From an uncultured Candidatus Saccharibacteria bacterium (GTDB lineage Bacteria; Patescibacteriota; Minisyncoccia; Phycocordibacterales; DAORIS01): a DNA stretch of 64,000 nucleotides. The stretch is taken from contig CAZXUH010000001.1 of assembly GCA_964644035.1 (NCBI GenBank), forward strand, positions 195,712 to 259,711. Reading direction: 5' to 3'. The notes below the pieces were generated by a model. The model was given only the letters and a program-made list of their open reading frames with translations, was not told where the DNA came from and searched no databases. Positions 19,669 to 27,252 of the stretch are shown here, in pieces (within the stretch, counting starts at the first letter, position 1; each line of letters opens with the position of its first letter). A program made the position numbers and the translations under genes.

Positions 19669-19679
19669 CAGGAGGTTCT

Positions 19680-20111
19680 ATGGAAACAGTTGGGGATTTA
19701 GAATTCTGGTTCCACAACAGGTTTTGGCTACTTGTTCTTGTTATCACTCTCATCATTCTGACAATAAGAATGACCTTCTACAAACATTCACGGTCACAAA
19801 AAGCTTGGATGTTTGTAGCTATGCTGATCTTGATTCTTGGATCAGTAGCACTTTCGTTCAGTGTAGGTCGCGGTAGAATCGGAAAACCAACAGATATTGA
19901 GTCTATGCGAGACACGGTGAAGTTCGAAGTCTTTGGTGTTGTAGAACACCAAGGGAGATATTTTACTGTTATCAAGCTGGAAGATGGTGAATACCGTTGT
20001 CTCAATTACGGTCGGAAATTTTCTCCCGGCAAATACAGATATGATTGGACTGTGCCACCGTTGGACGATGACTACGATGAAGATTTTGAGATAGGTACAA
20101 CAGGCAAGTAA
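19680..20111 (+). CDS. Unknown membrane protein (two N-terminal TM helices plus ~80-aa C-domain with acidic tail)
   Basis: Perfect SD AGGAGG; starts 12 nt after gene 19108; hydrophobic segments LLVLVITLIILTI and FVAMLILILGSVALSF. Confidence 0.5.
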   Translation: METVGDLEFWFHNRFWLLVLVITLIILTIRMTFYKHSRSQKAWMFVAMLILILGSVALSFSVGRGRIGKPTDIESMRDTVKFEVFGVVEHQGRYFTVIKLEDGEYRCLNYGRKFSPGKYRYDWTVPPLDDDYDEDFEIGTTGK

Positions 20112-20121
20112 ATATTCTCAG

Positions 20122-20155
20122 ACCCCGAACCGAAAGGAACGGGGTTTTATTTTTA
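20122..20155 (+). terminator. Rho-independent terminator R1a (CCCCGAACCGAAAGGAACGGGGTTTTATTTTTA)
   Basis: Hairpin plus T-run; 33-nt sequence repeated identically at 20903-20936. Confidence 0.6.
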
Positions 20156-20156
20156 G

Positions 20157-20188
20157 TTAAAAAAGACCCCTCAACACGAGTTGAAGGG
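20157..20188 (-). terminator. R2a hairpin (AAAAGACCCCTCAACACGAGTTGAAGGG); reads as a terminator with T-run on the minus strand
   Basis: Related copy at 21088-21117. Confidence 0.4.
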
Positions 20189-20217
20189 TGGTGGTACGAT
20201 AGAGTCTAGGATTTAGG
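20186..20217 (+). repeat. A-repeat copy 3 (core GGTGGTACGATAGAGT), immediately upstream of gene 20271
   Basis: 13-14 of 16 core matches to copies 1 and 2. Confidence 0.45.
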
Positions 20218-20270
20218 GATTGACGGATAGGTCTTTAGATGTTACTTTCTTGATTAGAAAGGAACTGCTC

Positions 20271-20894
20271 ATGGAAATAATTAGTAAAAAGTTCTCTTAT
20301 CTTCGATGGTATAGTAGCGCAGAACGAAGTGAATTCAACACAGGAGACCTGCTCATTGATTGGAAAAACCTTTACAAAAAGTTCTTTGGTTTCGATACTG
20401 ACTTCACAGGGCTTAAAATTCCTGAGAAAAAGGATGGTTTCGATCGCCTTATCATTGTCGCCAAGGGAGCTTCCCCGGACTGTGTGTACAAGGCATGTCG
20501 GAAGCTTTTCCGGTGCTTTCGCTACACTGAAGACTTTGACGGCACAACAAGAGGTTGGAATGATCGAGAAGCAAATAATACTTATGCTATCTGGGCTAGG
20601 GATAACCCCGAAGCAGATAAACAGAACAGCAATATCTCTGCTCGTGTTCTCAAAAAACGTGGCGGTACATACATCACTCTAGCCGAGCGTATGTTGTACG
20701 AAATGAAGTACTTCTTAGAAACAGGTGAACACATGGATACAAAAGGAACTTACACTATGTGTCTTGGTTCACGTCGATCGAACGGGGACATCCCATATGT
20801 TTATCGAAATCCAACTATGTATGTAATGTACATCAACTGGTACCATTCGACCGGTCGATGTTCTGATATTCGTGCTCGTGAAGTAGTTTGCTGA
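20271..20894 (+). CDS. Unknown protein (~207 aa; the ORF could also start at 20220)
   Basis: Long ORF with Cys/Tyr/Trp-rich composition; SD AAAGGA before ATG 20271. Confidence 0.45.
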   Translation: MEIISKKFSYLRWYSSAERSEFNTGDLLIDWKNLYKKFFGFDTDFTGLKIPEKKDGFDRLIIVAKGASPDCVYKACRKLFRCFRYTEDFDGTTRGWNDREANNTYAIWARDNPEADKQNSNISARVLKKRGGTYITLAERMLYEMKYFLETGEHMDTKGTYTMCLGSRRSNGDIPYVYRNPTMYVMYINWYHSTGRCSDIRAREVVC

Positions 20895-20902
20895 TCTTAC
20901 CC

Positions 20903-20936
20903 CCCCCGAACCGAAAGGAACGGGGTTTTATTTTTA
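20903..20936 (+). terminator. Rho-independent terminator R1b, identical copy of R1a
   Basis: CCCCGAACCGAAAGGAACGGGGTTTTATTTTTA. Confidence 0.6.
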
Positions 20937-21087
20937 TCAAATTTTGGTATAAAAAAACCGGCAACACTCATTGAGCATTTCCGGATTTAACTGAGGCAAA
21001 TTGCAGGTGGCAAGGGCTAGAGATTACTAGCCGAGCAGGAAGGCACTAATTCCTATCTAATATAACAAAATACTAAGTATTGTCAAT

Positions 21088-21117
21088 AAAAAGACCCCTC
21101 GACAACGAGTCGAGGGG
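21088..21117 (-). terminator. R2b hairpin (CCCCTCGAC AACGA GTCGAGGGG); on the minus strand it is followed by TCTTTTTATT
   Basis: 9-bp perfect stem; T-run only in minus orientation. Confidence 0.45.
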
Positions 21118-21241
21118 CTTCTGGCACGGCCACCAAATGGTGGGACGCGATGCAAAATCGATATGGCGCGCGATACTGTAGAGCTGTTGATTAGCGTAAC
21201 AACTTTGATACAATTTAGCAATAACAACATAATATAAAAAT

Positions 21242-21820
21242 ATGGATCTCAATCAGATGCAAAAGCCGGAACAGTATCGTGGCAATCAATCATGGATACT
21301 CAAATGGTCACTTATCATCGCATTGGTCATCGTTCTCAACCTTTTCTTCAACTACGCACTCTCTCTTGTCTATCCAGCTCCAAAATACGAAGCATATTGT
21401 CCTACGGAGCAGGTAATCAATCCTCCTACCACCAGCGCTAAGTGTGTAGAAGTAGGCGGACAGTGGACTCAAAATACATATCCAAAAGTAGATTCAAACG
21501 GTGAAGTAATCGCTCCTCAAGTGCAAGGTTACTGCAATCCTACATTTACCTGTCAGAAAGACTACGATGCGGTCAGAAAGGTATATGAAAGAAATGTATT
21601 TGTGATTCTTGTCGTACTAGGCGTTGTCTCAATCGCTGTCGGTATGATGCTCAAGGCAGTAGATGTTGTTTCTATTGGATTGTCATTTGGTGGTGTCATC
21701 TCTCTTATTATTGCTTCAATGAGATATTGGTCTGAAGCAGAAAATATTCTCAAGGTTATTATTCTTGGTGTTGCTCTGGTAGTGCTCATCTGGCTTGGAA
21801 TCAAGAGATTCAAGAACTAA
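21242..21820 (+). CDS. Membrane protein with Cys-containing extracytoplasmic region and three TM helices
   Basis: TM segments at N- and C-terminal halves; own terminator. Confidence 0.5.
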   Translation: MDLNQMQKPEQYRGNQSWILKWSLIIALVIVLNLFFNYALSLVYPAPKYEAYCPTEQVINPPTTSAKCVEVGGQWTQNTYPKVDSNGEVIAPQVQGYCNPTFTCQKDYDAVRKVYERNVFVILVVLGVVSIAVGMMLKAVDVVSIGLSFGGVISLIIASMRYWSEAENILKVIILGVALVVLIWLGIKRFKN

Positions 21821-21846
21821 ATAGACTAGTAGGTAATTAAATCAGT

Positions 21847-21882
21847 GAAAAACACTTTCTAGAAATAGAAGGTGTTTTTTAT
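21847..21882 (+). terminator. Rho-independent terminator (GAAAAACAC/GTGTTTTTT)
   Basis: Hairpin plus T-run; a second hairpin CCCTCAGA/TCTGAGGG follows at ~21891-21920. Confidence 0.5.
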
Positions 21883-21959
21883 AAATAAAAACCCTCAGAC
21901 ATTGTAGTATCTGAGGGTTGGAAGCTACCATGCTTTCGCATCCAGATTTTCCGCGCCAA

Positions 21960-22125
21960 AGGGAGTGGCGCTGTTTCGAGCAGATGCTTTCTCGACTAAT
22001 GCCCGCACCAAAACAGGCAAACTCAATAAGCAATGGCTTTTCAAGGGCAACGTAGGTAGAGGAGACTGATTACGGTTCCTTCACACGCTTTCCAGCGGTG
22101 GCTCCGAGCTCGAAACACTAACAAC
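21960..22125. ncRNA. Candidate structured RNA of unknown class (GC-rich element closed by a 10-bp long-range helix)
   Basis: TGTTTCGAGC (21972-21981) is the exact reverse complement of GCTCGAAACA (22108-22117), enclosing ~125 nt that look GC-richer than the AT-rich flanks by eye; no convincing ORF. Confidence 0.25.
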
Positions 22126-22205
22126 GAACCAGTTCAGGATTAATCTATTATTCAATATACATATTGTCAATATCCTAAAAAAATATATGATGTATAACTA
22201 CCTGT

Positions 22206-24839
22206 ATGAAACCCTACGATCATAAAAAAATCGAGAAGAAATGGCCAACCTTCGTTAAAGCTACGGCTGGCAAGCAGAAAGAATACAATCACAAAATCAT
22301 TGAACCTAAGTGGCAAAAAAAATGGGAAAAACAGAAACTCAATAGGGCATCAGACACCTCCAAACAACCGAAGTTCTATGCATTGGATATGTTCCCCTAT
22401 CCTTCAGGAGAAGGACTTCATGTAGGGCATCCTAAAGGCTATATAGCGACAGATATAGTATCTCGTATGAAGAAGATGCAAGGTTTCAATATCTTACATC
22501 CAATGGGTTTTGATGCGTTTGGATTGCCAGCTGAAAATTACGCAATTAAGACTAAAACAAATCCTCAAATAGCCGTTAAAAAGAATATTAAACACTACAA
22601 AGATCAATTAAGTGTTTTGGGATTTAACTATGATTGGTCAAGAGAAATAAATACAACTGATCCTAAATACTACAAATGGACTCAGTGGATATTTTTACAA
22701 TTACTAAAGCAGGGTAATGCTTATGAATCTTATGAAGAAATAGATTGGTGTCCAAAAGATAAAACAGGATTAGCCAAAGAGGATATAGAAAACGGTAAGT
22801 GTGAGCGTTGTGGGACACCAATTGAAAAGAAACTCCTTAAACAGTGGGTGTTGAAAATTACTGATTATGCTGAACGCCTACTTACCGATCTTGATGTAAA
22901 AGATAAGGACGGTAAATATCTTATTGATTGGCCTGAGTCAATAAAAGAGTCTCAAAGAAATTGGATTGGAAAAAGCGAAGGATCTCAAATTGATTTTGCT
23001 TTAAACTTTATTAAAGATCCTTCAGTAAATAAAAATAAAGGTCCTGACGGGAAAGCTGCTCATATTTCAGTATTTACTACACGAGCAGACACACTTTTTG
23101 GTGTTACATATCTTGTATTAGCTCCAGAACATTTGTGGGTAAAATTAGCAACCGATGATACTCATAATGTTCTTGAAAATAAGGAGGAAGTTAAAAAATA
23201 TATTGAAAGCATAAAAAATAAAACTGAAATTGAGAGAACTACGGATAGCAAAGAGAAGACTGGGGTTGAGTTAAAGGGTGTAAAAGCAATAAATCCAGTA
23301 AATGGGGAAGAAATTCCTATGTTTGTTGCTGATTATGTATTAGCCAATTATGGTACGGGTGCAGTTATGGCTGTTCCAGCTCACGATGAAAGAGATTTTC
23401 AATTTGCTAAAAAATATAATCTTGATATTAAACCTGTAATTAGAGCTGAAGATCAAACAATATTACTTAATAATTCTGACCAGCATCTAATTAATACTCT
23501 TAATAAAGAGAATGCGATTTATTCTCCTGCGATGTCCGCAGTTTCTACTGGTTACAAACAACAACCTACTACAGGATATGGAATACTGATGAATTCTTCA
23601 AAATTTGATGGATTGGATTCAGAAAAAGCTAAGAAAGAAATTACTGAATTTGCTGGTGGAAAGATGGTAACAAAATATAAACTTCGCGATTGGGTATTTT
23701 CTCGTCAGAGATACTGGGGAGAACCTATACCAGTAATTCATTGTGAAAAGTGTGGAATCGTACCAGTTCCTGAAAAAGATTTGCCTGTGTTACTTCCTAA
23801 AGTTAAATATTACGAACCAACAGGAACAGGAGAATCTCCACTTGCAGCAATAGAAAAGTGGGTAAATGTTAAGTGTCCAAAATGTAAAGGTAAAGCTAAG
23901 AGGGAAACAAACACCATGCCTCAATGGGCAGGTTCTTCTTGGTATTATTTAAGATATATTGATCCAAAAAACAAGAAAGCACTTGTTGATCCTAAAAAGG
24001 AGAAAGAAATGATGCCAGTAGATTTGTATGTGGGTGGAGCAGAACATGCAACTCGCCATCTTATTTACGCACGATTTTGGCATAAATTTTTATTTGATAT
24101 TGGGGTTGTGTCGGGAGTCGAACCGTTTAAAAAACTTCAGAGTGTCGGATTGATCCTAGCCAAAGATGGTCAGAAAATGAGCAAACGGTGGGGTAATGTA
24201 GTTAATCCCGATGAAGTAGTCTCATTATATGGGGCAGATTCTCTTAGACTTTACGAAATGTTTATGGGACCTTTCGATCAGCCAATTGCTTGGGATACAA
24301 ATAATATAATTGGTGTAAGGAGATTCTTGGAAAAGATTTGGAGACTTTCAGAAAAAATAGAAAATAAACCTGCCGATGAAGTACTCGAAACTTCGCTTCA
24401 AAAGGCAATTAAAAAAGTATCGGCCGATATTGAATCAATGCAATTCAATACTGCAGTTTCGACACTCATGATCTTTTCTAATGATTTAGAAAAAGCAGCT
24501 TTTGTACCCAAAGCTACCTATCAAACTCTCTTGCAGCTTTTGGCGCCGTTTGCACCCCATATTGCCGACGAATTGTGGTCAAAATTGGGTCATAAGAAGT
24601 CTATCCATATCGAGTCTTGGCCTCAATTTGACCCAACAAAGGTCGTGGAGAGTCAAATGAAGATAATCATTCAGATCAATGGCAAGGTCAGGGGAGACGT
24701 AACCGTTGCAGTCAATATCTCTGAGCAGGATATCAAAAATATGGCTCTAGGTATGGATTTTGTGAAGAAATGGGTAGAGGGGCAGGAGATTAAAAAGGTC
24801 ATTTATATCAAGGATAGGCTCATAAACATTGTGGTCTAA
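22206..24839 (+). CDS. leuS: Leucyl-tRNA synthetase
   Basis: HIGH motif (HVGHPKGY), KMSKR-type motif (KMSKRWGNV), CP1 editing and Zn-binding CxxC pairs. Confidence 0.93.
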   Translation: MKPYDHKKIEKKWPTFVKATAGKQKEYNHKIIEPKWQKKWEKQKLNRASDTSKQPKFYALDMFPYPSGEGLHVGHPKGYIATDIVSRMKKMQGFNILHPMGFDAFGLPAENYAIKTKTNPQIAVKKNIKHYKDQLSVLGFNYDWSREINTTDPKYYKWTQWIFLQLLKQGNAYESYEEIDWCPKDKTGLAKEDIENGKCERCGTPIEKKLLKQWVLKITDYAERLLTDLDVKDKDGKYLIDWPESIKESQRNWIGKSEGSQIDFALNFIKDPSVNKNKGPDGKAAHISVFTTRADTLFGVTYLVLAPEHLWVKLATDDTHNVLENKEEVKKYIESIKNKTEIERTTDSKEKTGVELKGVKAINPVNGEEIPMFVADYVLANYGTGAVMAVPAHDERDFQFAKKYNLDIKPVIRAEDQTILLNNSDQHLINTLNKENAIYSPAMSAVSTGYKQQPTTGYGILMNSSKFDGLDSEKAKKEITEFAGGKMVTKYKLRDWVFSRQRYWGEPIPVIHCEKCGIVPVPEKDLPVLLPKVKYYEPTGTGESPLAAIEKWVNVKCPKCKGKAKRETNTMPQWAGSSWYYLRYIDPKNKKALVDPKKEKEMMPVDLYVGGAEHATRHLIYARFWHKFLFDIGVVSGVEPFKKLQSVGLILAKDGQKMSKRWGNVVNPDEVVSLYGADSLRLYEMFMGPFDQPIAWDTNNIIGVRRFLEKIWRLSEKIENKPADEVLETSLQKAIKKVSADIESMQFNTAVSTLMIFSNDLEKAAFVPKATYQTLLQLLAPFAPHIADELWSKLGHKKSIHIESWPQFDPTKVVESQMKIIIQINGKVRGDVTVAVNISEQDIKNMALGMDFVKKWVEGQEIKKVIYIKDRLINIVV

Positions 24840-24862
24840 TGTGTGTTGTAATGAGAAAATTT

Positions 24863-24898
24863 GACATTTTTCCTTGTTTATAGTAAATATAATAGTAA
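24863..24898 (+). promoter_or_regulatory. Sigma70-like promoter (TTGACA - 17 nt - TAAATA/TATAAT)
   Basis: Consensus -35 with correctly spaced -10 upstream of the gene at 24920. Confidence 0.4.
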
Positions 24899-24919
24899 GT
24901 TTATTAAACAATAACCTTC

Positions 24920-25957
24920 ATGAGCACCAGCGCTATATCATTTAAGCCAAAACAGGTCACGAAGAAGCTTCTTTCAGTACTCCCAGTTCGCGCTCGCGAC
25001 GTTATTGTTTCGCGATATGGTCTCGGAAAAGAGACTGAAAAAATGACTCTTGATGCCATCGGCAAGCGCTACGGTATCACTCGTGAACGCGTTCGCCAGA
25101 TTGAAAACTATGCTATTACCAATATCAGAAAGGCCAAGGAATTTGCAGAAGTAGAACCTATTTTTAGAGAACTTGAAGCTGCTATTAAAAAGCTCGGCGG
25201 AATTATTACAGAAGAAGATCTTCTTGGTCATGTCAGCAAGGATAAGGCGACTCAGAACCATATCAACCTCCTTTTGGTACTCGGTCATTCTTTCAAGCGT
25301 ATGCGCGAAGACGATCATTTCAAGCATCGTTGGCACATCGATGACAGTCTTTCAGAAAAGATTCATCAGTCACTCCACAAGCTCTACGAAGGTCTCTCGG
25401 ATGACGATCTTATTGCAGAACCAGATATTCTCAAGCGTTTCCTCGAACACGTAAAAGAAGTTTCAGAAGAATATCGACAGGAAGAAATCCTTCACCGATG
25501 GCTCCGAATCTCAAAGAAGATCGGTAAAAACCCTCTTGGCGAATGGGGAGTAGCACATTCTCCAAACGTTCACGCAAAAGGCATGCGAGATTATGCATTC
25601 CTTGTGATCCGCAAACATGGTTCACCAATACATTTCACCGAAGTAGCCAAGAAGATCACTCAGATTTTTGGAAAGAAAGCACACGTTGCAACTACACACA
25701 ATGAACTTATCAAGGATCCTCGTTTTGTCCTCGTTGGTCGTGGTCTCTATGCGCTCAAGGAATGGGGTTATCTCTCGGGTGTCGTCAAAGATGTCATTAA
25801 GAAAGTGCTCAATGAACACGGACCTCTTACAAAAGATCAGATTATTGAAAAAGTTCTCAAAGAGAGATATGTAAAAGAAAATACCATCCTCGTAAACCTC
25901 CAGAATCAGAAGTTTTTCAAGAAAGATAAGGAAGGTAAGTACTCATCGGTAGCATAA
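24920..25957 (+). CDS. DNA-binding protein with N-terminal sigma-70 region-4-like HTH and C-terminal HARE-HTH-like domain
   Basis: N-terminus LDAIGKRYGITRERVRQIENYAITNIRK resembles sigma r4; C-terminus ..IHFTEVAKKITQIF..THNELIKDPRFVLVGRGLYALKEWGY resembles HARE-HTH (as in RpoE-delta N-domain). Confidence 0.6.
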   Translation: MSTSAISFKPKQVTKKLLSVLPVRARDVIVSRYGLGKETEKMTLDAIGKRYGITRERVRQIENYAITNIRKAKEFAEVEPIFRELEAAIKKLGGIITEEDLLGHVSKDKATQNHINLLLVLGHSFKRMREDDHFKHRWHIDDSLSEKIHQSLHKLYEGLSDDDLIAEPDILKRFLEHVKEVSEEYRQEEILHRWLRISKKIGKNPLGEWGVAHSPNVHAKGMRDYAFLVIRKHGSPIHFTEVAKKITQIFGKKAHVATTHNELIKDPRFVLVGRGLYALKEWGYLSGVVKDVIKKVLNEHGPLTKDQIIEKVLKERYVKENTILVNLQNQKFFKKDKEGKYSSVA

Positions 25958-26026
25958 AGATACTACAAACGAAGTCATCAACACCCTGCTCTTAGTAAAG
26001 ACAGGGTGTTGTGCTATCATATTTCC

Positions 26027-27235
26027 ATGGCTGACTATTTTAGATATCTCGGCAAGATGTTCTCTATTCTTTGGGATTTTTCTCCGATCTGGCTACCATT
26101 AGTAACCGGTTTTATTGCCTGGGAACTCTGGCTCGACTATATTAGGGGAGTATTTGCCGGTTCAAAACCCAGAATTCTCTTGGAGATTCTATTACCTCAG
26201 GAAATCAACAAATCGCCGGCTGCAATGGAACTTGTCCTTACCTCACTGTTCATGACTTCCCGTGAATCGACATTTATTGACCGAAATCTCAAAGGTCAAT
26301 CAAGACCAGTCTTTTCACTCGAAATTGCTTCGATAGAGGGCAAGGTTCATTTTTATATATATACGGAAAAAGATTTTAAAAATATTATTGAATCACAAAT
26401 CTACTCTCAGTTTCCAAATATCGAAGTCAGGGAAGTGCAGGATTATACAAAAGGTTTTGTCTATCAACCAGGGGTCAATCAGATGTTTGGCAGCGAATTT
26501 ATAAAACTTGCTGTCGATGCCTTGCCGATTAAAACCTATGTGGCATATGGATTGGACAGAGATCCTAAAGAAGAGTTTAAAATCGATCCAATGACCCCTA
26601 CACTCGAATATATGGGTTCGCTTGGTCAGGGTGAGCAGCTCTGGCTACAGCTCATTATCCGAGCACATAAGGACGAAAAAATTGAATACGTGGATGGAAA
26701 AAGAAAGAAGGTTGGCTGGGCCTTCTATGCCGAAAAAGAGAAGAAGAAAAGGTTTGATGCTCTTAAAGACAAGGCTAATCCGACTGGCCCAGCTCGGCGC
26801 ATGACCAAGAGTGAAGAAGAAGTTATTGCTGCTATTGATCGTAGTGTTTCAAAATTGCCTTTTGATGTTGGAATCAGAGCTATCTATTTTGCGCAGCCTG
26901 CAAGTAGTTTTGTCGGGGTAAACAGAGCTGGTCTTGTTGGTACTATCAGGCAATACAATTCCCCAAACATGAATGGCTTCAAACCAAGCAATGCTACTAG
27001 CTTTGACTATCCGTGGATGGATTTCAGAGATTGGCGCATGAATAAATACAAGACCAAAATGATGCATTCGTTTAGGCAGCGAGCATTCTTTCATTTGGGT
27101 GATAGGAAATCGATTGTTATGAATACTGAAGAAATCGCAACCATGTTTCATTTCCCTGGAGGCGTCGCAGCAACACCTACGTTTGCTCGTATTATGTCAA
27201 AGAAATCTCAAGCTCCAGCCAATCTTCCTATATAA
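26027..27235 (+). CDS. Unknown protein with N-terminal TM helix (~400 aa)
   Basis: ATG at 26027 (GTG 26006 is the ORF-track start); hydrophobic FSPIWLPLVTGFIAWELWL; no recognisable catalytic motif. Confidence 0.5.
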   Translation: MADYFRYLGKMFSILWDFSPIWLPLVTGFIAWELWLDYIRGVFAGSKPRILLEILLPQEINKSPAAMELVLTSLFMTSRESTFIDRNLKGQSRPVFSLEIASIEGKVHFYIYTEKDFKNIIESQIYSQFPNIEVREVQDYTKGFVYQPGVNQMFGSEFIKLAVDALPIKTYVAYGLDRDPKEEFKIDPMTPTLEYMGSLGQGEQLWLQLIIRAHKDEKIEYVDGKRKKVGWAFYAEKEKKKRFDALKDKANPTGPARRMTKSEEEVIAAIDRSVSKLPFDVGIRAIYFAQPASSFVGVNRAGLVGTIRQYNSPNMNGFKPSNATSFDYPWMDFRDWRMNKYKTKMMHSFRQRAFFHLGDRKSIVMNTEEIATMFHFPGGVAATPTFARIMSKKSQAPANLPI

Positions 27236-27252
27236 TACTGATACTTACCGAT

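Noticed and set aside
20122-21117. Integron attC-type cassette sites (R1/R2 hairpins after each gene)
   Set aside because: There is no integrase, no recognisable GTTRRRY core sites, and the hairpins carry T-runs typical of intrinsic terminators.
21900-22205. T-box leucine riboswitch leader for leuS
   Set aside because: A partial match to the T-box core (GCGGTGGCTCCGAG) exists, but the UGGN would read UGGC and mismatch the tRNA-Leu A73. No specifier loop with a Leu codon or terminator/antiterminator pair was found, and a promoter-like site lies downstream of the element. tmRNA, SRP RNA and RNase P motifs were also not found by eye.
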